Shown: positions 8,586 to 18,486 of the stretch, piece after piece
Numbering within the stretch: position 1 is the stretch's first letter
Layout: every line of letters begins with the position of its first letter
NCBI GenBank assembly: GCA_020696385.1
Contig: JAEHCQ010000001.1
Location: 384,001 to 448,000, forward strand
Reading direction: 5' to 3'
Origin: Methanobacteriota archaeon
GTDB lineage: Archaea; Thermoplasmatota; Thermoplasmata; SG8-5; JAGLSY01
Length of the DNA: 64,000 bases
The notes under the pieces: generated by a model
Told to the model about the DNA's origin: nothing
The model's database searches: none
The model's input: the letters and a program-made list of their open reading frames with translations, nothing else
Translations under genes and position numbers: made by a program

Positions 8586-10280
8586 ATGGACATTTACAAA
8601 GAGTATCCTAGACAATTTATCGATAAAGATGATTACATGGGCGATGTTGAAAAGATCAAGTCCGCATACAAGCTACTTGATGAAATGAAGGCAGAATCCA
8701 AAGATGAAGCATGGACATGGATGGAAGCATGGTCAGAAATTACATCGGCCATCGCTGAAGTTCAAGACAAGGCTTACTTCAACATGACGAGGGATGTGAA
8801 CGATGAAAAGATAGAGGCGGAATTCACCCGCCTTGTGCAGGAAGTTATTCCTGTCGCGGAGGAACTGGACGAGAAGGCGAAGCAGAAGTTCCTTTCCTTC
8901 CCAGAAGATTGGGTTCCCGGTGATTTCAATATCGCCCGTATGAACTCAAAATGGGATGTTGAATTATTCAAAGAAGAGAACTTGCCACTCATCAGCCAGG
9001 ACATGCTGATGAGAAAGGAATATCAGAAAATATCCGGGTCATGGGAGACCGAGTTCAATGGAGAGAAGAAGACACCGGCTCAATTGAGGCCATACCTAGA
9101 ATCTCCAGACCGCGAGCTCAGGGAAAAGGCTTGGAAAGCCGCTGTGGAAATGCATCAGGCAGATTATGATAAACTGAACGACCTCTTTGACAAGATGCTG
9201 CCCAACCGAAATGTCATCGCTAAGAATGCTGGAATGGCAGATTTCGTTGAATACAAATTCAAGGATTACCGAAGGCTGAGCTACAACAAGGATGATGTCA
9301 AGGCTTTCAGGGATGCTATTAAAAAATATGTGGTCCCTGCTGTTGACAAGATACTGGAAAGGAGGAAGCAGAAATTGGGATTGGATTCTTTCAGACCCTG
9401 GGATTCCCAGGCTGATCCAGATATGGCAGAGCCTCCAAAGATCTATGATGATATTGATGATCTGAAAGACAAGGTGGCGAAGGTCATGGGCTCAATAGAC
9501 CCGCAGTTCTCCGATGCCTTCAAGCTCATGGACAAGAAAGGATATCTAGATCTCGAGAACAGGCAAGGTAAAGCACCAGGTGCTTACATGATGACCTTCG
9601 AGGAAGAGAGGATATCCATTATATTCAGCAACTTCGTGGGTACCAGCCGGGACTTTGACACGCTCATCCATGAAGGTGGGCATGCGATGCATGGCTTCTT
9701 ATCCAGACACCTTCTGAAGCAGGCGAGGGATGTGCCATTGGAATTCGCAGAGGTGGCTTCCATGTCATTGGAACTTCTGGCCAGACCCTATATGGACATC
9801 ATCTACAATGAGGAGGACAGGGAAAGGATAGCTATCAAGCAATTGGAGAATATCCTGATCTTCCTGCCATTCATGGCCAGCCTGGACGAGTTCCAGACCT
9901 GGGTTTACAGTGATCCAGATGGAGCCAATGCTGAGAAAAGAGGAGCGAAATGGAGAGAACTTACAGCCAAATACAGACCTTCCATCGACTATTCAGGGCT
10001 GGAGGAACAAGACCAGTTGGGCTGGCAGTACCTGCATGTTTATGAAGTTCCACTGTACTACATCGAATACGGCATAGCGCAGATGGGAGCTCTTCAAGTA
10101 TATCTCCGATCACTGGATGATTTCGACGGAGCTGTCAAGGATTACAAACACGCGCTCAGCCTTGGAAGTACCGTAAGTCTGCCAGAACTGTTCGAGGCGG
10201 CAGGTGTGAAGTTCATCCTGAAGCATCCTGAGGTTCTTGAGGACATGACGAACAAGATCATGAAACAGATCGGGTTGTAA
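8586..10280 (+). CDS. M3 family oligoendopeptidase (PepF-like)
   Basis: HEGGH zinc motif, EFAEVASMSLE, KAPGAY, PLYYIEYG. Confidence 0.92.
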   Translation: MDIYKEYPRQFIDKDDYMGDVEKIKSAYKLLDEMKAESKDEAWTWMEAWSEITSAIAEVQDKAYFNMTRDVNDEKIEAEFTRLVQEVIPVAEELDEKAKQKFLSFPEDWVPGDFNIARMNSKWDVELFKEENLPLISQDMLMRKEYQKISGSWETEFNGEKKTPAQLRPYLESPDRELREKAWKAAVEMHQADYDKLNDLFDKMLPNRNVIAKNAGMADFVEYKFKDYRRLSYNKDDVKAFRDAIKKYVVPAVDKILERRKQKLGLDSFRPWDSQADPDMAEPPKIYDDIDDLKDKVAKVMGSIDPQFSDAFKLMDKKGYLDLENRQGKAPGAYMMTFEEERISIIFSNFVGTSRDFDTLIHEGGHAMHGFLSRHLLKQARDVPLEFAEVASMSLELLARPYMDIIYNEEDRERIAIKQLENILIFLPFMASLDEFQTWVYSDPDGANAEKRGAKWRELTAKYRPSIDYSGLEEQDQLGWQYLHVYEVPLYYIEYGIAQMGALQVYLRSLDDFDGAVKDYKHALSLGSTVSLPELFEAAGVKFILKHPEVLEDMTNKIMKQIGL

Positions 10281-10298
10281 TAATAGATAGAAATAATC

Positions 10299-10330
10299 GG
10301 CCGGCCAGTATATGTGGTCGGCCTTTTTTA
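10299..10330 (+). terminator. Hairpin plus T-tract after the M3 peptidase
   Basis: ggccggcca-N7-tggtcggcc followed by tttttt. Confidence 0.65.
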
Positions 10331-10353
10331 TTGTTGATTTAACAGGCGATACC

Positions 10354-10403
10354 TTTATATCGAATACCGATATGTCGAACATCGATATGTCGAAATCCGA
10401 TAT
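10354..10403 (+). promoter_or_regulatory. TATA box overlapped by three tandem palindromic boxes AT(A/G)TCG-N5-CGATAT (putative PadR operator)
   Basis: Boxes at 10357, 10372 and 10387 with exact 15-bp period; TTTATAT at 10354. Confidence 0.7.
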
Positions 10404-10719
10404 ACTTACCAAAGAGATTGCCAGGGACTTCCGCAAAGGTCTTCTAAAGTTCTTCATATTGAAGATGCTTGACAGAGAGGACATGCATGGATATGCGATG
10501 ATGAGTAGAATAGAAGAGCTAAGCGGTTGGAGACCCAGCTCTGGTTCATTGCATCCGGCACTTGTGAAGCTAAAAGCAGCGGGTATGATAAGTGTTAAGA
10601 CCTGTGGTATGAAAAAGGTCTTTTCCATTACAAAAAAAGGAAAGGATAATATCAAACAACTGGATGAGAATTTCGACGACGGATTGAATGCTATTCGAGA
10701 TATATTCAAGAACCTTTGA
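10387..10719 (+). CDS. PadR family transcriptional regulator
   Basis: RKGLLKFFILKML..EDMHGYAMM, SSGSLHPALVKL, FSITKKG. Leaderless start at 10387 inferred from TATA spacing. Confidence 0.88.
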   Translation: MSKSDILTKEIARDFRKGLLKFFILKMLDREDMHGYAMMSRIEELSGWRPSSGSLHPALVKLKAAGMISVKTCGMKKVFSITKKGKDNIKQLDENFDDGLNAIRDIFKNL

Positions 10720-10729
10720 GGTGAAGTAA

Positions 10730-11509
10730 ATGAGTGAAAATAATATAATGGTGCAGGCGAAGAACATACACAAGACCTACAAGACTGGTAGTGTCGAGGT
10801 CAAGGCCCTACGGGGTGTGGATTTCACGGTCAAGAAAGGAGACATGATCGCAATAATGGGGCCATCGGGATGTGGGAAGACCACGATGCTGAATTGCCTT
10901 TCAGGTCTGGATGATGTCAGCAATGGAGTGGTGGAGATCGAAGGTACAGATCTTGCATCCATGACCGATAATAACAAGACCGAACACAGAGCTGAGAGAA
11001 TGGGATTCATTTTCCAGTTCTACAACCTCCTTCCAGTTCTGTCAGCAGTGGAAAATGTGGAGATGCCGCTTTTGGTATCTGGCACACCTGCCAAAGAGGC
11101 TAGAGAAGCAGCCATCGAGATAATGAAGACCGTGGGATTGGAAAAGGTCATGAACAGCCGCCCTGGAGCATTGAGTGGTGGAGAGAGACAGAGGACCACC
11201 ATCGCCCGTGCCCTTATCGCCAAACCGGCCATCATATGGGGTGATGAATTGACCGGTGATCTGGATGACGAGACCGCAAACGGTATCATGGATCTTGTAG
11301 CCAAACTCAGGGATGAGACACAGGCCACTTTCGTCATAGTCACTCACAATCTTGAAATAGGCCGCAGGGCGGATAAGATCCTTTACATGAGAAGCGGAAA
11401 ATTCGTTGCAACCGAGATACCTGGCCAGGGCAAGATTCCCATTGAACATAAGGAAGCGGAAAAAGCCCTTGCTGAGGTAGGTGTAGAGGTAGAGGAAATA
11501 AAAGAATGA
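10730..11509 (+). CDS. ABC transporter ATP-binding protein (LolD/MacB-type)
   Basis: GPSGCGKTT, LSGGERQR, DELTGDLD, VTHN. Confidence 0.93.
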   Translation: MSENNIMVQAKNIHKTYKTGSVEVKALRGVDFTVKKGDMIAIMGPSGCGKTTMLNCLSGLDDVSNGVVEIEGTDLASMTDNNKTEHRAERMGFIFQFYNLLPVLSAVENVEMPLLVSGTPAKEAREAAIEIMKTVGLEKVMNSRPGALSGGERQRTTIARALIAKPAIIWGDELTGDLDDETANGIMDLVAKLRDETQATFVIVTHNLEIGRRADKILYMRSGKFVATEIPGQGKIPIEHKEAEKALAEVGVEVEEIKE

Positions 11510-11522
11510 AAAAGGTGAGAAT

Positions 11523-14500
11523 ATGGAAACCTCAGAATTATATTTACCTGCCATTGTCCTGGGCCTCATCATTCTGATGCTGGCCATGGGAATCCACAGG
11601 CGGGTGATTGCGAAACTGGGTCTCAGGAACTTCCTGAGGCACAAAGGGCATACGGCCATATCAGTGGCTGGATTGCTCATAGGAACCTCGATCATCTGTG
11701 CATCGATGGTGGTAGGGGATTCGATCGAATATTTCATAGTTGAAGAAACATACGAACAATTACAGTTCGTGGATATTAGCATAGAAGCAGATAATGGTGG
11801 AGCCTTCGATGAGGCGATCTTCACCGAGCTGAACACAGACACCGCACTGGGTGATCTTACTGATGGTATGGCGCCCATGATGGTGCAAAGTGTGAGTGTT
11901 CGTCAACAAGGCAGTGGGTTGTTCGAACCTTCAGCCAATCTAATCGGATTTGATGCCATTCAGGATGAAGAATTCGGACTGTTCACTCTTTCCAATGGGG
12001 ATGAGTCAAATGGCGCGGTATCTGGTAACAATACGATGATCAACCGTGCATTGGCCGAGAGCCTGGACGCGAATATTGGAGATACCATCGATCTGACCTA
12101 TACGATTGGTAGTAGTTACACAGGTCTTGGAAATATTGAAAGCCGGACATTGACCATCACCTACATCGCTGAGGATGAGGGGAAGGCAAAATTGAATCCA
12201 GGCCCAGGTATGGGTATGGACACATACAATGTCTATGTAGATATGGACACGGCCCAGGAGATGTTCCAATCCCCTGGAATGATCACTCATATCAAGGTCT
12301 CCAATATTGGAGGCGTACAGAGTGGAGTGGATGGTAGTGACGAGGTCATTGAGGCCATCGAACCTCTGCTGGAAGACCTTACTTTCTCAGTACAGGGCGA
12401 GATGATATTCCCGATTCCGATGAACGGGATGAACTTCTCCATGCTGTCGAGCACAGATATTGTATCAGATTCTCTTGTTCTGATGTCCAATGGCACTGTC
12501 ATTCCTTCCCAGACCTACATGCTGGATGATGAATCAGGAACCATAACCTACCTGATGCCTCCACCAATGATGCCTATCTTTGCAGAATACGAATTCAATT
12601 ATATTCTGGAAGCAGAAGCCGTGAAGCAGGATAGTCTGCAAATGGCACAGGACATCAATGAATTACTCTCCACATTCCTAACGATATTCGGTTCCTTCGC
12701 CATACTGGCTGGTGTCATTCTCATCATTAACATATTCACCATGTTGGCCGAAGAGAGAAAGTCAGAATTGGGAATGGCCAGAGCCGTGGGTATGAAAAGG
12801 AGACATCTCATGCAATCCTTCCTCTTTGAGGGATTGGCATATGGTTCAGTGGCCAGCGCCATGGGTACTATTGTAGGTGTGGTGATCGGATGGTTCCTCA
12901 TTTACATGATCAATAATATAGCCAATATCATGGCCGGGGTGGTAATTCCATTCCACTTCGAGAACTTCAGTCTGATACAGGCCTTCTCTACAGGGTTCAT
13001 CATAACCTTTGGAACCATTCTACTGACTTCCTGGAAGATAAGTAAATTGAACATCATAAGAGCCATAAGGGGAATTGAAGAGCCAGTCAATGACAGAAAG
13101 GACTGGAAGATCCCGCTCATAGGCATATTGATGGTCATCATATCCGCAGTCATGATGCTCCAGCTATGGGAAGACGAGTTCATGGTCAAGATGCTTGCGC
13201 CTTCAGGTCTAATAGTTGGTATGGCACTCCTACTTTGGAGATGGATCGGAGATAGGATCACAGTAACATCTGCAAGTCTGGGCGTGTTCCTTTACACGTA
13301 TTTTTCCATCAAAACCTATTTCGGAGACGTCAATGAAAATATGGAAATGCCCTTTATTCTCTCAGGTGTGCTGATAGTGCTGAGCCTTGTACTTCTCATC
13401 ATGTACAATTCCAAGCCAGTCATCATGCTCATAGTGAATAGTATTGGACGAGCGAAGAAGTTCAGACCGACCGTCATGACAGCTGTTTCCTACCCTCTGA
13501 GCAAGAAGTTCAGAACAGGAATGAGCGTGGCCATGTTCGCCCTCGTGGTTTACATGATCGTCATGCTTTCAGTGTTCTCCAATATCTTCGTGATGGATCT
13601 AGATGAAGAGACTTTGAAGGAAGGTGGTGGCTATCAAATAATAGCCAATGTCCAGAATCCTGTGATAGACATTTACAATGCAACGGATCCAATCGACAAT
13701 TCCATGATCACCTCCAATATCTTCAATAAAGCCACGATCGCGCAGATTTCTCAAGCCTATGCGGCTGAGATCAATGTAACGGATGCTGTGGAGCAAGAGC
13801 AAGGAGGGATGGCCTTTGGATTCGGTATGTTCAGTGGAGCCATTATCTACGGTATTGATGACGTGTTCTATGAAGGACGATCCTTCGAGTTCACCCAGAC
13901 CATGCCGGGATACGAGGATTATGACACTCTCTGGAATGCGATCACCGAGCCAGGCTCCAAATTCGTCGTCTACAATAGCATGATGGCCATGATGAACCAG
14001 GTCTCTGTGGGCAATCACCTGACCTTCACCACCTTCACCGGCGAAGTGACCGAGGAATACCAGGTAATTGGGATCATGGACCAGAGCACGATGAACGGTG
14101 CCTTCATGTCCCGTGAGAACGTCATAGCCGAATTCGGCTTCATGGGTATGGCCAATTCCATGTTCCTTGTAGATGTTGATGATGGTGAGGATATTCAGGC
14201 TACGGCTGATGCCCTTGAGAAGGATTTCGCCGCCCTGGGAATGAACTCCATCATTGTAGAGGACATGGTCGAATCATCCCTGGAGATGATGAACTCCATG
14301 TTCGTTCTCTTCGAGCTTTACCTGTACATGGGTATGGTCGTGGGGGTTGCCGGCCTTGGTATAATCACCATAAGATCAGTGGTCGAACGAACTGCCGAGA
14401 TAGGTATCCTGAGGTCCATTGGCTTCAAGAAAAGCAATGTGAGGAATGCCTTCCTCATCGAGATATTGTTCATTGCCACAATGGGGGTTCTGATAGGAAC

Positions 14501-14702
14501 TCTAGCTGGCATAATGATCTCTTACGAGATATTCAATGTCATGATGAGCGATATGGGTGGAGACATTGAGTATGTCATACCGTGGGCCAAGATAGCATTG
14601 GTGACAGTTATCGCATACATTGCCACCATACTGTGCACGATAATACCTGCGAGCAATGCCTCTAAAACATCGCCTTCAGAGGCGCTCAGATATGTTGGTT
14701 GA
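11523..14702 (+). CDS. FtsX/MacB-like ABC permease (two permease units)
   Basis: EERKSELGMARAVG and ERTAEIGILRSIG; large extracellular domains; ends PSEALRY. Confidence 0.9.
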   Translation: METSELYLPAIVLGLIILMLAMGIHRRVIAKLGLRNFLRHKGHTAISVAGLLIGTSIICASMVVGDSIEYFIVEETYEQLQFVDISIEADNGGAFDEAIFTELNTDTALGDLTDGMAPMMVQSVSVRQQGSGLFEPSANLIGFDAIQDEEFGLFTLSNGDESNGAVSGNNTMINRALAESLDANIGDTIDLTYTIGSSYTGLGNIESRTLTITYIAEDEGKAKLNPGPGMGMDTYNVYVDMDTAQEMFQSPGMITHIKVSNIGGVQSGVDGSDEVIEAIEPLLEDLTFSVQGEMIFPIPMNGMNFSMLSSTDIVSDSLVLMSNGTVIPSQTYMLDDESGTITYLMPPPMMPIFAEYEFNYILEAEAVKQDSLQMAQDINELLSTFLTIFGSFAILAGVILIINIFTMLAEERKSELGMARAVGMKRRHLMQSFLFEGLAYGSVASAMGTIVGVVIGWFLIYMINNIANIMAGVVIPFHFENFSLIQAFSTGFIITFGTILLTSWKISKLNIIRAIRGIEEPVNDRKDWKIPLIGILMVIISAVMMLQLWEDEFMVKMLAPSGLIVGMALLLWRWIGDRITVTSASLGVFLYTYFSIKTYFGDVNENMEMPFILSGVLIVLSLVLLIMYNSKPVIMLIVNSIGRAKKFRPTVMTAVSYPLSKKFRTGMSVAMFALVVYMIVMLSVFSNIFVMDLDEETLKEGGGYQIIANVQNPVIDIYNATDPIDNSMITSNIFNKATIAQISQAYAAEINVTDAVEQEQGGMAFGFGMFSGAIIYGIDDVFYEGRSFEFTQTMPGYEDYDTLWNAITEPGSKFVVYNSMMAMMNQVSVGNHLTFTTFTGEVTEEYQVIGIMDQSTMNGAFMSRENVIAEFGFMGMANSMFLVDVDDGEDIQATADALEKDFAALGMNSIIVEDMVESSLEMMNSMFVLFELYLYMGMVVGVAGLGIITIRSVVERTAEIGILRSIGFKKSNVRNAFLIEILFIATMGVLIGTLAGIMISYEIFNVMMSDMGGDIEYVIPWAKIALVTVIAYIATILCTIIPASNASKTSPSEALRYVG

Positions 14703-14728
14703 TCTACATATCTGACCCGTCTCTAAAA

Positions 14729-14776
14729 TAAGGACTCCTGTTTCAAAATGGGAGTCCTTAACTTTTAACTTTTTTC
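14729..14776 (+). terminator. Hairpin plus T-rich tract
   Basis: taaggactcc...ggagtcctta followed by cttttaacttttttc. Confidence 0.65.
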
Positions 14777-14829
14777 ATTCAATAAATTCAATAGAATTAA
14801 ATATTCAGAAAATCATTTAGTTAATTGAT

Positions 14830-15219
14830 ATGATGGAAGAGAATATTGTAAAGGATATCGATGAAAATGCATTCAATGACCTGATCCAGAGCAATAGAAA
14901 ACTCCTGGTGGTAGAGTTCTACACCAGGACATGCCCGGTATGCAAAAGCATGGAGCCCATATTTCAGAATGTGGCCAGAGAGATGAAGGATGAAGCGACA
15001 TTCATCAAAATAGATGCCTCTAAGAATCAATCACTGGCTGCTTTTTATGGTATCATGGGAGTTCCTACCTTCAAATTTTTCTGTGGCAAGGAGATCATGA
15101 GGGAATTCCAGGGTGAGATGAACCACACGATCTTGAAGAACACGATAAAGGATCTAATAAAGCACATGAGCCAATGCAAGACCAGGTCAAAGGTGTTTGA
15201 AATTGATGGCTATGGCTGA
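14830..15219 (+). CDS. Thioredoxin family protein
   Basis: VVEFYTRTCPVC and GIMGVPTF. Confidence 0.88.
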   Translation: MMEENIVKDIDENAFNDLIQSNRKLLVVEFYTRTCPVCKSMEPIFQNVAREMKDEATFIKIDASKNQSLAAFYGIMGVPTFKFFCGKEIMREFQGEMNHTILKNTIKDLIKHMSQCKTRSKVFEIDGYG

Positions 15220-15297
15220 TTGCCCAATGCATAATGGAATAATAAGTAAGATTATATATCCAAAGTGCAATTATGGACACAGTAAGGATGATGAGAA

Positions 15298-16557
15298 ATG
15301 CCCAGTGAATTAACTACAAAAATAAATGACATCATGCAGCGAGAAATGCATGATATGGGGCCCTTTATTGTGAAGAAGCAATGCCTCATAATCGGCACAG
15401 ATCCAGATAATATAGAGGCCAGGGATCTACCGAGTCTAGCCAGCAAGCTTTCTGAGGTTATGAGAACCTTTGGAGGTTATGAGAAGGCGAGGAAGATCTA
15501 CAAGGAGATCAAGGCTCTTGGGGATATGGAGCAGATTGTTGAGGATGAGGCTAGTGAAGAGAACAAGATCCGTATGAGAGAGGATCTTGGAAAGGCCAGC
15601 CTTTTTGCTGGTGAGTGGGATAAGGCCTTCCAATATTTTGATGAGCTTTTGAAGGACGCACAGGGAAGGAAAGACAAGAACGAGACAGCCAGATACCTCA
15701 GATTACTAGGCTTCATCCATCAGGAAAGAGCGGAATTCGAGCAGGCATTGGAGTTCTATGCTCAATCCCTTGAGTTCGTTAAGGAGACCAATGACAAAGC
15801 TGAGATGGCAAATTGTCACAATGCCATAGGCACTGCTCAATGGAATATGGGTCTCTACACCAAGGCTATCAAATCCTACGAGGAAGGAGCATACCTTGCC
15901 AGAGTGTCAGATAATCATGATGGTCAGGGAATTGCCAATATCGGACTCGGTAATGTACACTCCGATATGGGCGAACTCCAGGATGCACTGGATCATTATG
16001 CCGAGGCTCTGGATAATCTAAAGGACACTGAGAATTATCAACAAATATCTAGAGCATACAATAATCTTGGTGACACCTATCTTCTGAAAAAGGATTGGGA
16101 TAAAGCTCTTATCAACTTAGAAAAGAGCGTGGAATTCGCTAATAAGGGCGGATGGTTCAATATGAAAGCATGGGCCGAGGCGAACATGGCCATTGCTTTG
16201 GTCAATAAGCTTGACTTTGATAAAGCGGAGAAAATGCTGGGATCCAGTCTGTCATTCCTGGAAGAGATCGGGGACAGGGCTGGCATAGGAGGAGCCTATC
16301 AGGCCTACGGCATGTTGTATTCCAAGAAAGATAATTGGGACATGGCCGCTCTCAGCTATCAGAAAGCTGTTGACATTTACACAGAGATCAATACACCTTC
16401 TTACCTCGCCCAGTGCAGGTATGAAATGGGAATGTCCTATAAGAAAAAAGGCAATCTGAGCAAAGCGAATGAAGAGTTTAGACGAGCCGCCAATCTCTAT
16501 ACCCATCTGAAAATGGATGAGTTTGTGAAGAAGGCACTGGGCGAGATATCTGACTAA
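15298..16557 (+). CDS. TPR-repeat protein with small N-terminal helical domain
   Basis: About 8 repeats of roughly 40 aa (YLRLLGFIH, CHNAIGTAQ, ANIGLGNVH, AYNNLGDTY). Confidence 0.85.
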   Translation: MPSELTTKINDIMQREMHDMGPFIVKKQCLIIGTDPDNIEARDLPSLASKLSEVMRTFGGYEKARKIYKEIKALGDMEQIVEDEASEENKIRMREDLGKASLFAGEWDKAFQYFDELLKDAQGRKDKNETARYLRLLGFIHQERAEFEQALEFYAQSLEFVKETNDKAEMANCHNAIGTAQWNMGLYTKAIKSYEEGAYLARVSDNHDGQGIANIGLGNVHSDMGELQDALDHYAEALDNLKDTENYQQISRAYNNLGDTYLLKKDWDKALINLEKSVEFANKGGWFNMKAWAEANMAIALVNKLDFDKAEKMLGSSLSFLEEIGDRAGIGGAYQAYGMLYSKKDNWDMAALSYQKAVDIYTEINTPSYLAQCRYEMGMSYKKKGNLSKANEEFRRAANLYTHLKMDEFVKKALGEISD

Positions 16558-16661
16558 TGATGATCTATCAGATCCTCTGATTTATAATAATAGATAAGGA
16601 TTTCAATATCTAAGAAGTCCTCATTCATCAATTAGCATTGGCAGAGATTGACATTACCAAA

Positions 16662-17606
16662 TCAATCTCTGACACCTTTTACATCTATCGTGACAACTGC
16701 TTCGCCCTCTGGGAGATTCGGAGAATCTATGAGCCTGGCTATACGTTTTCCACCCTTGCTCTTTCTAAGATATAACCTGAAGGTCGCCGTGTGCCCGACT
16801 ATGTGTCCGCCAATAGGCCTTGTTGGATCCCCAAAGAAAGCATCAGGTTTGGAAGAGACCTGATTGGTGACTATGATGGCAGCGTTGTTAAGGTCTCCAA
16901 ACCTTAACAAATCATGCATGTGCTTGTTCAGCTTTTGCTGTCTATCTGCCAAAGCTCCTCTGCCAATATACTCGGCTCTGAAATGTGATGTTAGAGAATC
17001 AACTATCAAAAGGCGGACATTGAGATCCTCGGCAGTTTCTTTTGCCTTATCTGCCAATAGCATCTGGTGATGGGAATTGAAGGCCCTTGCTACATGGATG
17101 CGCTTCAATACTTTTGTCGGATCCAGGTCCAGTGCCTCAGCCATCTGGGTTATCCTCTCTGGTCTGAAAGTGTTCTCCGTGTCTATGATGATCACGTCAC
17201 CATCCAGCCCCCCTTCTTCCACAGGCAATTGCACCGTGACCGCACATTGATGCGCTATCTGAGTCTTACCCGAACCAAACTCCCCGAACATTTCCGTGAT
17301 GGCCTGGGTCTCGATACCTCCGCCCATCAAGCTGTCGAAAGCTTTTGACATGGTCGTAAGCTTTCCAATGTTCTGCCTTCTTTCCATGACCACGTCCCCG
17401 GTCTCGAAATTACCAAGATCCGCGGCTTTCTTTGCTGCGGCGATGACCTTGACGGCAACGGCATCCCCGATATCTGCTAGATCGGAAAGATTCTTGGGAG
17501 ATTCAACTGCTATGGCCAATAATGTTGTGTATCCAGCTTCTCTTAGTTTCTCGGCAGTTGCGGGCCCCACTCCGGGCAGGTCTTCTATCTGTATCTCGTC
17601 AGTCAT
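16662..17606 (-). CDS. radA: DNA repair and recombination protein RadA
   Basis: N-terminal HhH ([12 protein letters not shown]), [31 protein letters not shown]; no intein. Confidence 0.97.
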   Translation of the reverse strand: MTDEIQIEDLPGVGPATAEKLREAGYTTLLAIAVESPKNLSDLADIGDAVAVKVIAAAKKAADLGNFETGDVVMERRQNIGKLTTMSKAFDSLMGGGIETQAITEMFGEFGSGKTQIAHQCAVTVQLPVEEGGLDGDVIIIDTENTFRPERITQMAEALDLDPTKVLKRIHVARAFNSHHQMLLADKAKETAEDLNVRLLIVDSLTSHFRAEYIGRGALADRQQKLNKHMHDLLRFGDLNNAAIIVTNQVSSKPDAFFGDPTRPIGGHIVGHTATFRLYLRKSKGGKRIARLIDSPNLPEGEAVVTIDVKGVRD

Positions 17607-17686
17607 GGTCTATCACCATAGGTACATTCCCTGGTTCATTTATAAGGCTTAGGTGGGGTAGGGCGAAAGTATTAATTTTCATAAGA

Positions 17687-18475
17687 TTAATCCATAATTT
17701 CCTTGGGAGCTCCACCCAACTTGACCAATGCTTCAGCTTCCATAAAATGCATCTTTCCAGGCACGACAATAGAATGCATGGGACCGCCAAAGTCCTCGCC
17801 CCGCAGTTCAGCCAGTGTGCCCGCCCTCACAAGGACATCCTTGCTTCCAGCCCTCGCGACAACACATACGATACGGTCGGGTGTGAATATCTCTTTATTG
17901 CTATCTTTCTCCACCTCTATGAGCATCTCGAAAGCATGAGTGGCCGTCATGTACCTTGGCACGTCAGCCTGTATGTCCAGAAGAATAAGTGAATGCAGTC
18001 CCATCTCTAGATTATCAGCCACCGCGTCATAGAAGCTGGCTGGCTTGTAGTTCTCTTCCCAGAAAGGGATGGTTGTGATCTTGCCGAATTTGTAATTCTG
18101 AAGCCCGAGGAATCCAGGTACGGCATTGAGAGCCGAAACTCCGGGTATGATGGATGTCTCGATGCCTATATCCCTGGCACGCAGGGTGATGTCCACGTGG
18201 GTGGTGGCGGACATCGCATCCCCGGGAACAAGAAAGGCCACTCTGGACTTTCTGGCGGCTTCCAGGATGATGCCGCCATCCTCGACCGCCTTTCGATCCA
18301 GAAAGTTGATCTCCTTGCCATATAGCTCTTCAAGCTTCTCATGGCCAGTGCCTGTGAGTACCGCGGTGTACTCCTCCATAAAAAGCTGATCACAGCTTTC
18401 AATGGCCTCCAAACCTGCCAGTGTGACTCCCTTCTCGTCATGAAGTCCCAAACCGATAAATATCAAATGACTCAT
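17687..18475 (-). CDS. dph5: Diphthine synthase
   Basis: LIFIGLGL, GDAMSATTH, GLQNYKFGK, GLHSLILLDI; GGTG RBS. Confidence 0.95.
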   Translation of the reverse strand: MSHLIFIGLGLHDEKGVTLAGLEAIESCDQLFMEEYTAVLTGTGHEKLEELYGKEINFLDRKAVEDGGIILEAARKSRVAFLVPGDAMSATTHVDITLRARDIGIETSIIPGVSALNAVPGFLGLQNYKFGKITTIPFWEENYKPASFYDAVADNLEMGLHSLILLDIQADVPRYMTATHAFEMLIEVEKDSNKEIFTPDRIVCVVARAGSKDVLVRAGTLAELRGEDFGGPMHSIVVPGKMHFMEAEALVKLGGAPKEIMD

Positions 18476-18486
18476 GTCAAACACCA

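Noticed and set aside
16662-17606. Intein in RadA (also considered for the ligase)
   Set aside because: Both proteins have normal length and contiguous motifs.
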